A DNA stretch of 64,000 nt from Patellaria atrata CBS 101060 (taxonomy: Eukaryota). Below, piece after piece: positions 53,457-64,000 of this stretch. Position 1 is the stretch's first letter, and each line of letters begins with the position of its first letter. The notes beneath the pieces are model-generated. The model was not told the origin of the DNA. It made no database searches and was given only the letters and a program-made list of their open reading frames with translations. The stretch covers positions 347,550 through 411,549 of the forward strand of contig MU006094.1 in assembly GCA_010093705.1 (NCBI GenBank). The letters are read 5' to 3'. The position numbers and the translations under genes are program-made.

Positions 53457-54290
53457 TGATGGAAATCAAACTCCGGTCGTCAAACAACTTTGCTTGATCC
53501 CACAGTTGGCCAATTAATGCTCTCACTTCAACTTCATAAACGTTTAAGGCGTGCCAATCTCTTCTCTGATTCGAGCGGTGTAGGAGCAACATCTTACATC
53601 CGAGCATATAGAAAACGTAACCTCGTGCAACGACCAACGCATTGAAGGAAAATCCACATCACCACTCGCCTTCACCAAAATATCCCAATTCCGGACACAT
53701 GGAGCAAGAAAGTTTCGAACAATATAGAGACTGCATCAGAAAACTTATCTACTTCCCAAAAAGTCGAAGAAGGTCAGCTTAAAGAGCTTGAAGATCTAGG
53801 ATCACCGCTAAAGCACAAGATCTTATTCAAACCTCTCACTAACTTCATCTTTACACATACGAAAGAAACTAGAACCTGGAGTTCACCCTTTAACCCCAAG
53901 GATCTCTCTACTTTCCAGGATTACTGGCGGACTATATGGGCCCAGATTGCGGAATCCATTGCCTCTGACTCGAGTATTCCGAAATACCTCACGGAACTGC
54001 TTCTGAAGTATCTTGAGATCCGTGTCTTCGATTCCTCAAAGGGGAAGGTATGCCCTTGATGCTATGATAACGTTGAGCCTAGCATTTTCATTGAGGCGAA
54101 AGATGGAATCACTTCACAGCAGTTTCTGAATAGCGTGGCAGGGTATTTGTATGGTGGTCAGCTACCCAAGATGCATAGACAAGAAGACAACAACAGCTGC
54201 GAGATCGAAGGAGGGCTTGTGTTCGATGGAATTGATTATATGATGGATGGTGGTACTTGAGTACGCCATTTTATACCAGTGGCATGATCC
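53457..54290 (+). pseudogene. Disrupted hypothetical gene, paralog 1 (FQDYWR..CPxC..LYG family)
   Basis: Frame reads FQDYWRTIWAQIAESIA..VCP*CYDNVEPSIFIEAKDGITSQQFLNSVAGYLYGGQLPKM, with TGA at 54057-54059 and further stops. Ends approximate. Confidence 0.65.
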
Positions 54291-54849
54291 GCAAATTTGG
54301 GTTTACTGCTCGGTGGCAGAGGACACTCTTCAGAAGGGAGAATAAATCTCAAGGTAGGAAGGAAAAGGATACTAGAGATCTCCACACTTACACAAGGGAA
54401 TATGTAACTATAGACTCTCCACTCATCATCGAGCCATATCTAATAGTTATGTTATTATTGAGTGTTAGTTGCCCATCTGCCTCGTCGCTAAGCAAAGGTT
54501 AAATCATAGGAGAACAAGTCATATAATGAGGCTGTACTTGGAACAACTTGATAGTTATCGTGGAACCTCCCAGTATGATAAAAGGGAAAGGACATCTGAT
54601 ACGTGGTTTCATATCGCATTGGAGTTCCGTTCTTTTGCATCTCTTCCTTTAATACCTCATTCGTCATCATCGTCCGCCTCATCTTTCTGGACCATGTATC
54701 TATTTTGACTCACCAAGCAACACTTGAAATAAAGCTCACTATTTAGTGCACCTCTTTCACCACCTTCTCACACTCGACCTTCTAATCAATCTCAACCCTA
54801 CCGCCCCACAAAGACGTTGTTCGACCACCTCTTCTCATCAACGAATGTC

Positions 54850-55586
54850 TCTCTTACAGAAAAACCACGATCAACGAATGCTACTACAAAATCCTTCAAC
54901 ACCTCACTCAGATCACGCAACTAACATCGATCATGCCGTACACGGTAGCCTCCTGAGACGGGTCCCAATCACCAGAGCCTCCAGCGTACCAGATCTTCTT
55001 CTCCCCGCTCGCCTCCCTTATGGACACCAAGATTAAAGAAGCTGCACTCTCCAGTCCACAATGCGATAAAGTCAACCGCAAAGATTTCCAGAACTATTGG
55101 CGCAACATCTAGGATCAGCTCATTGTGACAGTTGCACATGAGCGGGGAGTAGCGGAGTTCCTAACCAATCCCCCGACCGAGAAATTGGAGCTACCCCTTG
55201 TAGATGAGAAGGACAAGTGCTGTGGATGTCGTTATACGCCGCGTCGTCCTGATTTAGTGGTGGAGAAGCAAGGGGGAATCAAGTCAGTGCATCTTCTCGA
55301 GGCATTGAGGGACCACTTATACGGTTCTACTTTGCCTAAGATGTGGAGTAAAACGTTTGGTGCAGATGTGGAAGAAAGATTTCTGGCTGTTTATTTGGGT
55401 TTTCTGTTGAGACGGGGGATGGAAAGAGAGAGAATTATGTGGGAGTGTAGCACTCCGAGGGTTTTGGTTCTCTGTGATGAGTTGGAGTCGTACTGGCAGA
55501 CATGTAACTTGAAGGATAAATGTGATGCAGGAGACAGAAAGACGGCTCAAATGAGTTTCTATCCCGATCCGTATGGCTTCTTCTGA
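54850..55586 (+). pseudogene. Disrupted hypothetical gene, paralog 2 of the same family
   Basis: FQNYWRNI*DQLIVTVA..KCCGCRYTPRRPDLVVEKQGGIKSVHLLEALRDHLYGSTLPKM, with in-frame TAG at 55110-55112. 5' end approximate. Confidence 0.65.
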
Positions 55587-56944
55587 ACATATATTCACGC
55601 GAGGCATCGCGGTTATAAGCACAATGGTTATACCATGGCGAACATGATATGGTGTTGGAAACTTGGATTATCAAATGGCGGTCTGTGGGTGTATCGCATC
55701 TACTGCTTCACTTCTTTAATTAAGTCCCCCATTATACCCCTTCTTCTCTGTACTGAAAGATCACTGTTGCGCCCTTTCACATATTTCTCTGCGCTCGAAC
55801 AATGAGCTACATGCATAACAGCTAGATATCACCTTGTTAAGTAGCGAGTCCATTCAAACCATGTACTCTCAAAATACCATGACATTTATCTTCCGGATGC
55901 GTCGCTCTTCACTCATTAGCAAAACTCTCTCTCTACATATCGCAAATGTCCTTCCCTTACACACTCCTAGCCCTAGATCAAGATTCTGATGTATAAACCC
56001 CCGTGGTCCCAACCTTTTCGCACACTCAAGCCCACAGCACACAACCAAGGCGACAACGAGTTAAAGACAACACACGAGATAATAGAGTACCAAATTATAT
56101 AACCAACAACCTTGTTCATACCTCTTATACTCAGATACTAACTTCTTTTGTACCATGAAAAGAGCATTCACTGTCGTGTACAGCTAGGTTTAGCTAAAGG
56201 GAGGGAGCGGTGCGACGAGTCGTAGTAAAGGCCGTTATTATTAGCCTAGAGGGTCTTGGTAGCGTATAATATCTCATCTCTCTTGTGATGGTGTCCTGGC
56301 TAGTGTAGACTAGGCCCATGAGATCACAGACTCTGTTGCTGTACAGTACAGGAAAGATGAACTTGTACGGAGTGCTCCTAGGTTTATGTACGGGTTCACT
56401 ATACAGCTGATAGGGGTGGTTAAGGCTACGAAATTAAGGGTTTGGTAGGAGGTATGCGGGAGGGGGGGAGAAGGGCGTGATAGGATATGTTTTGGAACTA
56501 TTTGGTATAGTGGTATACTAATCTCTGGATATAATGAATGGCTGAAGTGGTACAAGAGTTGGGTTGTTAGTGGTGTAGGGAAGTGTACTCTGCAAGAAGT
56601 GTTCGGAAGAGTTACAGTATCCTCAAGTTTCGAGCGAATGGTTTGACTGCGGACTTACGGGGAATTGTTTAGGTTATTGGGGTTTGGCATCCTGTACTAA
56701 AGGTACGCATCAGTGGAAAGGAGTATGGCTGTATTCACTACGAGGGATCATGGGATAGCTAGTATTCTATCATCTGCGGTAGATGGATGACTCCAAGAAG
56801 GTAAAGAAAGGGGCGATGAAACGGGCTCTCCGCCTTTCATATTTATGAGACCTTGTGCTATTTTGTCGACATGATCGTCGCTCCGCTCGATTTAAGACCT
56901 TGAACAAATTCCTATCATGCGTCCTTGGCCTTAAAATCCACTAC

Positions 56945-57665
56945 TTAATCCGTAAATCCACACATCGCTGAGATAATCTCGCCACAACCCCCCTCAGGGG
57001 TATTGTCTCCGATAAATCCTAGCCAGGCTTTCTTATGCTTCTTCCATGCTATTGATGTGAGCTTTCCTCTCCTTGGAAAGTCTTTGATTTCTATTTCGCT
57101 GGCGAAATAGAGTGATGATTCTTGGTCTACGTTTCTCAGGAAGCCGAACCCTTGGAGGTACTTCGCTTTCAGACCAGATGAATTCAGGTTGTGCCCTGCG
57201 ACAGCGTTATAGAGCACTGTGGTATTCAATCCCTGGAATGCATGTTCGAACTCCCAGTAGAGATTGAACGTCTCTTTCCAGAGAACCTTTGTCGTCTCAA
57301 ATTCGTCTGCATCCACTCGACACAGATTAACCTTCCCCGGCGTGAAGATACTCTTTCAGCATAAACCGGGTTGAAAGACTAGCGCAATCCAGAAATTCAT
57401 CATGCAAAGGGACAATGACCGCCTCCGGGCGGTTGACGTAGAGAAATCGTGTTGCCTCATCGTTTCCTATCACAGTCTGGGCCCGGCTACTAATTGTTGT
57501 TTCGAGCATTTGTCGGAAGATCTCGTGGCTTTCTTTATAGATTTAATCGTCGGAAAATTTGATGATTAGGATCGTAATTTGGACCTGAATCATTGCTGTC
57601 ACCGTGTGAGCTCCACTGATCCGCGTGAGCGCACCCGTAGTCTTGATGGGAGCGTTGTTCGACAT
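56945..57665 (-). pseudogene. Disrupted paralog of the 59362-60033 gene
   Basis: ATG 57665, in-frame TAA 57545-57543, RPEAVIV..LSTRFMLKEYLHAG, frameshift near 57320, then WLGFIGDNTPEGGCGEIISAMCGFTD*. Confidence 0.75.
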
Positions 57666-58289
57666 CGTAGCTTCTAAGTTAATCCATCCAGTAGATTGAG
57701 GTGTACTCAATCAACTTGGGAACATAGTCAGAGAATGCGAGTATCAATGGAGAGCAGAGAACTTACTCCGTCAAGTCTCGAAATCTTCGTTTGATTCGGC
57801 GGTAACGTAGAGTTGGAAGGATTTTGTTGCGGAACCGAGCAAGAAAGAAGGTTGCAAACGAGCCCAGACGTGAACGTGAAGTGCGTGCAGTTGCTTTCCA
57901 GGAGTCATATCTCCCTAGCCTGTGCCCCAGTTCACTTAATACTCTAACCTACTGGAACCGATCTGAATCTGAAGCTCAGTATTAGTACAGCAATAATTTT
58001 ATTGAATATTGGAAGACTTACATCGTGAAAATAGGGTTATTTTTTCGTTGTTACGCGAATCGTTATCTCTCTCCGTTGGTAAGTTTTGAGCCATGAATGT
58101 TGCAAACGAGTAATATGTGAGTGTGACTTGCGTCCACAAATATACCATTATCAACATATAAAGACTCAAAACTTCAACTCCAACCCACTATTTGGTTATG
58201 GTCCAATATTCTGAAATGCGTTGTTGTACGTATATTACGCTGGTCTTATACACTATCCATGCAAACATTTTTCTGTAGAATTAGGGCAT

Positions 58290-59038
58290 ATGACGACAAA
58301 CTCTTCGCTCAAAAGACTCGGATTATTATCATGCACAGGAGCTCGAGATGACTCACTTGATTTCTTTTCATTTCTCTATTGACGGAGTACGACCTAAGTA
58401 ATCCAAGGATCTCGCATTCGAAGCCAGTGGATACTATAATGCGTTCTTTGAAAAGCTTGAAGGTCGCGTTTCAGTTCAGTACGTCACGGATAATGATACC
58501 GCCACATCCGTGCTCTACGAGAAACGCCTAAGAGCTGTCATTGTTAGGGATACAGCCACTACGGAAAGGACTAGTCTGTCGACTAGAATGATGCTCAAGG
58601 AGTACGTACGTGCTGGTGGTAGAGCAATCTTTTGGGGATACCTCCGTCCTGGGAACTACCTTGAAGAGTATTTCTAAAATTACTTGACTTACTTTTGGCC
58701 TACGGTGGGAATTTCACGATACTTCGGACGTTGATATCCACTACAATTGGAATACCGGCAAAAACCTGAAGGTGACAGTTGGTTTGAAAGTGGGGTACGT
58801 CCAAAGGGGCTCATTTCTCACAAAGGTGAAGTATGAGGAAGCACTCTATGTGCCCGACCATCCAATTACTTTCGACGAGGATAACGAGCCTCATAAGCCA
58901 TAATTAAATAAGCAAACGGTAGCATCGGTGGCGTGGGCTGCGTATGGGAACGATTGGATTAGGTACGCCAGGAAATTGACCGAGCAGGAGGGAGGTCCCG
59001 ATATCGTCTTAGCAATGTGCGGCCTCGAGAAGAAATAG
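58290..59038 (+). pseudogene. Heavily disrupted paralog of the 59362-60033 gene
   Basis: Fragments RLRAVIVRD..LSTRMMLKEYVRAGGRAIF, NTGKNLK, VKYEEALY, VAWAAYG..WIRY and DIVLAMCGLEKK* spread over several frames with stops. Confidence 0.75.
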
Positions 59039-59361
59039 AAATAGGGGAATTCAGACTTGAGAACATAAAAATGGGCAACTGATAGTATGACATCGAGTGG
59101 GGGAATAAGCGCGTCGTGAAAATGCAAAGAGAATGTAATTATAGAAATCTTCGACTTGGTTACACATAATGAAAAAGAATGCATGAATGATCTCAAGCTT
59201 TACGAACGCTTAAACCGCAATATCCTAATCAGCTATTGAATATCTGAGACTTGATGTCGAGACGGTGTATTACAGCGAGGGTAGAGTATGGGAACGTTGA
59301 CGAGATAAGGGGATGTCACAGAAATCCTCCCCCTTTTCACACAAATCTTTCTGCCACCTTG

Positions 59362-60033
59362 CTAATTTTCAAAGCCACACATTGCTAACATAACTTCATC
59401 GCTTTCGTCTTCCCTGTTCACAGATCCAATATAGCCCAACCAGCCAGTTCCAACCTTTTGCCAGGCCACAGGTGATTGAAACGAATGAGTAGACTCGGAA
59501 TTAATGGATTGACTTTGTGTCAGACTTTCGCTCGTAGCCTTGTAAAGTGCCGCGTCGTCATTGACTTCTAAAAACATAGCATTGAGCGAGAACGTGGTCG
59601 CGAGACGAGAGGCCGACTTAAGATTTTTGCCAGCATTGGTGTTATAGTACACTTCAGTGCTATGGTAACCACAGAACTTCCATGGGAGCTTGAAAGTTTC
59701 CCAAATGCCGTTCATCCTGTGTGGAGCAACGGACCTGCTAAACGCGCAGCCGAAAATGATGGTTCCTCCGTTCAGTACATAATCCTGTAGCGAAGCAAGA
59801 GCTGGGAAAGAAGTTGATTCAACAATTCCTCCATCCGTTACTATTGCCGCGGCGGGGTTGTTGTTGGAGAGGTAATTAGTGACAGTGCGCCATTTCTGGG
59901 CCTGTATAACATGGAAACGAGCAGAGAGGCTGCTGAACAAGCTGGTGTATTGTACAAATTGGTCTTCTTTGTGGTGCAGAGAAACGACTAAGATAGTGGG
60001 CCGGCTTTCAGTCGAAGCGGCACCAGTACTCAT
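59362..60033 (-). CDS. Hypothetical alpha/beta protein, possibly class-I glutamine-amidotransferase-like fold
   Basis: Intact 223-aa ORF with ILVVSL, PAAAIVTDGGI, LQDYVLNGGTIIF, FKLPWKFCGYHST and PVAWQKVGTGWLGYIGSVNREDESDEVMLAMCGF. Fold assignment is inference. Confidence 0.8.
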   Translation of the reverse strand: MSTGAASTESRPTILVVSLHHKEDQFVQYTSLFSSLSARFHVIQAQKWRTVTNYLSNNNPAAAIVTDGGIVESTSFPALASLQDYVLNGGTIIFGCAFSRSVAPHRMNGIWETFKLPWKFCGYHSTEVYYNTNAGKNLKSASRLATTFSLNAMFLEVNDDAALYKATSESLTQSQSINSESTHSFQSPVAWQKVGTGWLGYIGSVNREDESDEVMLAMCGFEN

Positions 60034-60560
60034 TTTGATATAGAGCCTTGATCTTGGGCGGTTGGGAGCAATAGATTGGCTCCTTCTAGTACAAACAACT
60101 GAAAACGATTAGCATAATACTAGCCTGTCTTATTATACCTAACGTACAACTTCGCTGATTCCAGACTGCGTGGATCTTCCTAAGATAGCTGTTGATGAGG
60201 GTAAGAGATGGCGGAAGGAAGTATTTTAAGCTACAGATGCCAACTGGTCTCAACATATTGAAAGGGTAGGGCAATTACCACATAATGTCACATTTGACGT
60301 TGCTCCTTCTCGTCCCTTTTTGCGTTTGTTCTCACCTACCCTATTCTACGTTCAATCCTTAAGGTAGAAACCGTCTGACATCATCGTAGGGAGTTGGGGA
60401 TATCTAGGTAGGAAGGGCATAAATCTTATGAAGGGTTTAAAGGTAGAAGCGATAGAAAAACCGTCCCTACTTGAGTACGCCTAGGAGAACCGCTAGGATA
60501 ATAGTTGCCTATCTGGGAGAGTAGCTCTTGACCAATAGCATATTAAACAGGGATTTATTC

Positions 60561-61201
60561 CTATCCTTTCGCGTACTCTGTGCAAACATTATTAAGGGCT
60601 TTCAAGGATTCCAGAACTTCCTGTCCAAGTTCGTCTCCTACGCCAGCAGTTTTACTGAACTTGCCATATCTTAGGTCACTCAAATCCCCTATGGTTGCGG
60701 AAATGTCCTGTAGGATTGTTGTAGCTTCTGCATCCATTGCTTCAAGGTCTTCTTCGATGTTTCTGCAAGCTTGCTCTAATTCTGGTCGCATAGAGTCGAT
60801 GGTATGGTGCTTCCGAGGAGGGTGGTTTGCGGATGGCCCAAAGAGCTGCTGGTTTGTTAGTGAGGAAGACAATATAGGTTATGCACAGCATGTACTTCTA
60901 TCTCCATTTGGATATCACGATCCGATATGTCCACAGGCCCAACATCTGCCTTCCTCCTAGCCTTTACGGTTTCCTTTCTCAGGCGTTCTCCGCGTTTAGC
61001 TTCTGCCGCAATGTTCTGCTTGATGTTGTCAATTTGAGTCAAGCGTTCATGCTGGAGCTCGCGATATAACGCATCAATCTGTGCGTTTGATTGTAGTGAC
61101 CGCGGGAATAGTTCACGGAAACCTTTGAGCGTGACTACATTTTTGAGCGGGGCGGGAGTTAATAGGAAATTAGAGAGTATTGATGACTCCATGGGGGCCA
61201 T
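60561..61201 (-). CDS. cnl2: Inner kinetochore Cnl2/Nkp2 family protein
   Basis: MAPMESSILSNFLLTPAPLKNVVTLKGFRELFPRSLQSNAQIDALYRELQ. Intron ~60895-60846. C-terminal IGDLSDLRYGKF. Confidence 0.88.
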
Positions 61202-61563
61202 GACTGGATTATCGACGCGAATGGGTAAGTACAGGCAGAAGTGAGGATTATAGATTAACTTCCGGGCATACAGAGTAAACAAACAAGTATCAAGTGAACG
61301 TTTGCCTTTGAGGTGCTGTTTGTCTTGAGGTGATTTACTGTACAGCAGCAATCCCGTCGCGTCGAAGACCGAGGTCCGTGCTCAGAATAATTATTCGCGT
61401 TCGCCCTTTACATAAAGATAACGGAACCCTCTCTCTCATCGAACCTAACGTCAAATTGAAATCTAAAACTCAAAAGACTAGTAACTTCTCATATCTCCCG
61501 GTTAACAATAATCACCTCATCTTTGTTTTTCTCCCCCTCGTTGCCGCGAGCTTCAACTTCAAC
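61202..61563. promoter_or_regulatory. Compact divergent promoter region between cnl2 and eaf3
   Basis: Head-to-head ATGs ~360 bp apart. Contains several ACGCG/CGCGT motifs (near 61216, 61358, 61396). Confidence 0.6.
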
Positions 61564-63276
61564 ATGGCTCCTGCATCTGCCTCAGTATCGCAACCCATGT
61601 TTGCCAAGGATGAAAAGGCACTCTGCTTTCACCATGAACTCCTTTATGAAGCAAAAGTGCTCGATCTGAAGGTTGTGGATCCGAACGACAAGAAGAGCCC
61701 GTGGTCTTACAAAGTACATTACAAAGGCTGGAAGAATACGTAAGTCCCACTTCTCAATTGTTATCTATTATCCCTGAGAACAATGGCCACCTGAATGGAT
61801 TTTCTTTTCCGAGTAGAAAAAGGACGCGTGATTATTTAGCCTTGTTGAGGATATCTGAAAGTTGTTGCCTTTTCTCAATGGACGGTATTGATCAATTGAT
61901 AGATGGGATGATTGGGTTCCGCAAGACCGACTTCGCAAGTTGACTGATGAAAATAAAGAACTGGCGAGAGACCTAAGGAAGGAATTGGAGCAATTGCGCA
62001 ATCCTCGTCAAAACTCAAAAGCACTTCCAGTATCAAATCATAAGAGGAGGTTTGATGCATCTTCCGCACGAGGTAGTGAAGAGCGTCATTCATCTGTCAC
62101 AGCAGGAGGTGGACCTCGAGGCCAGAAACGAGGAAGGGATTTTGAACTAGAAAGGGTATGTGCTATCTCTTCCATTTTATTCTATTCGGGAATACAATAG
62201 TGCTATTTTCATGCGTGTCATCTATCTTTCTATTGATCCCTTGCTATGTTGCCATTTACCACGTTGCGTCCCATGGCCCCTGAACACCATTTTTTTATAT
62301 CTCTTCTCTCCTCTCTTCTCTTCTCTTCTTCTTCCAACTCAATCCACTCTTTTCACTACAACTCATTCACACTCTCAACATTACATTTTGTACGAATCGT
62401 ACAACTTCACATTTTCCATCTGTTATCCCAACGTTTTCAGCATGGCAAGAACCCGTGGACGAAATTCCAAGGGGAAAAGGGCAGCCTTGCCCCAAAACCC
62501 AAAAACAAAAGTCTACCAAGGCGATTCAGCCGGCGCAGGTCGCAAGCCTGGCTGGATTTGTACGGACTCGACGTGTCCGTACAGAAAAGCTAACTTGCGG
62601 CAAGGAAGAGAACTTCATGTCGCGACCCGCCGTACGAATTTCGATTCCCGACAGGTTGAAGAGTCTTCTCGTTGATGACTGGGAGAATGTAACGAAGGGA
62701 ATGATGCTCGTTTCAGTGCCATCCGAGACACCAACATCCCTGATCTTGGATGAATACTTCGAGCAGGAAAAGGCAAAGCGTGCGGAAGGCAGTGCTGAGA
62801 TGGACATTCTGGAGGAAGTTATTGAAGGCCTCAAGGACTACTTCGACAGGGCCTTGGGCCGCATGCTTCTCTATCGTTTTGAGCGTGAACAGTTCGCAGA
62901 AATCTACAGACAGATGGAAAACCCGACTGGACCGTTGGCTGGCAAGAAGGCATCTGATATCTACGGTGGAGAACATCTACTCCGCCTATTCAGTACGTAT
63001 CGCCTTTGATCTTCTTGAACTATCGCACTAACGAACACTATAGCGAGTATGCCCGAATTGATTGCCGCTACGAACATGGACAAACAATCAGTCATTCGTC
63101 TACGCGAAGAGCTTTCCAGAATCGCATTCTGGCTCAGCAAGGATGAAAACATGAAGCGCTATTTCTCAGAGCCTTATCGTCATGTGGAGAGCGATTACAC
63201 CAACAAATCTCGCGGCGACAACAAGCAAGCGGATGAGAAGATCTTCGGCGAAGAGCCATCCAGTGCTGAAGCATGA
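61564..63276 (+). CDS. eaf3: Chromodomain-MRG protein Eaf3 (NuA4/Rpd3S subunit)
   Basis: [80 protein letters not shown] and YGGEHLLRLF..MPELIA. Exons 61564-61739, 61903-62155, 62605-~62992 and ~63043-63276. Confidence 0.97.
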
Positions 63277-64000
63277 GTATGTGACGTGGTCTATTGCATG
63301 TATGGTGTTTAGGAGTTTCTAGTGCAATGGGAAGATGGCACGGTTTCTTCGAGTCTGTTACCTGCGTGCAGGAGCAGAGCCGACTGGTTTTCAATTGCAT
63401 TTTATGGATGGTGATGGATTAGCTCAACCATTTGATGGTCAAGTTTTGAATTTTGTAACTATCCTGCTAGTCGAGAGCTTCTTTGTCATGACAGCTTTTC
63501 TAGCAGAAATCAAGCCCTACATTTTGACAAGTTTCGTTAGCACCTGAAATCTTTGGTCCCCGAAGTGGTTCGTATTCGGTGTATAGGGTTCATATGCAGA
63601 AGGATTAGTATCTTCGTATAGCAGCGCTAACCATTCTAAGCAGAGAGCTTTAGCCAAAGTAGCCAAAATGTTCGCCATGCGCTCCTATAATTACAAGCTT
63701 TCCAGCTATACAAGTATCTTGAAAACTACCACAGCCAGCCACTAACGCTCGCCAGTGAGCGGATGGGCTACGGAGTACTTTTGGACGTCAGGGGAGAGCA
63801 ACAGGGGAGAGCAAGAGGGGGAACGAGACCACAGCTTCGGGACAAAGTTCTCTGGGAGCCCCGGGCTTTTAGCTGCAAGCCTTTGACCGCTGCTTCACTC
63901 AACTTTGAATTTTATATTGACCTTTATAGTAACTCTCACCGCGCCTTGCAAATTTTAGAGGCATATCATCGCAAAAGGTACATTTATTTATATAAAAAAA

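Overview
Eukaryotic DNA from a filamentous ascomycete (intron-rich genes with GT-AG and CTRAY branch signals; protein motifs look Eurotiomycete-like; species not determinable). About 18 apparently intact genes: a 1,582-aa coiled-coil protein, a secreted BBE-like FAD oxidase, an MFS sugar transporter, mob1, a 72-aa secreted six-cysteine peptide, a CENP-Q/Fta7-like gene, acuM/RDS2, spo22/ZIP4, a UPF0643 protein, a DUF1989 protein, a GLFG-motif protein, ureG, cnl2/NKP2, eaf3 and several hypotheticals. About nine disrupted genes are interspersed. No rRNA, tRNA, CRISPR, intact transposon or secondary-metabolite backbone gene could be supported. Most notable observations: (1) a tandem pair of spliced, I9 protease-inhibitor-like small genes largely missed by the ORF track; (2) a stop-free, in-frame 393-nt first intron in mob1 that would add a S/T-P-rich 131-aa insert; (3) a histone-H3-tail-like ORF nested in the long eaf3 intron; (4) a beta-defensin-spaced secreted peptide; (5) two small gene families in local birth-and-death; (6) repeated C-rich-to-G-rich skew flips. 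Family names are recalled from motifs, not from database searches, and exon boundaries were inferred by eye.
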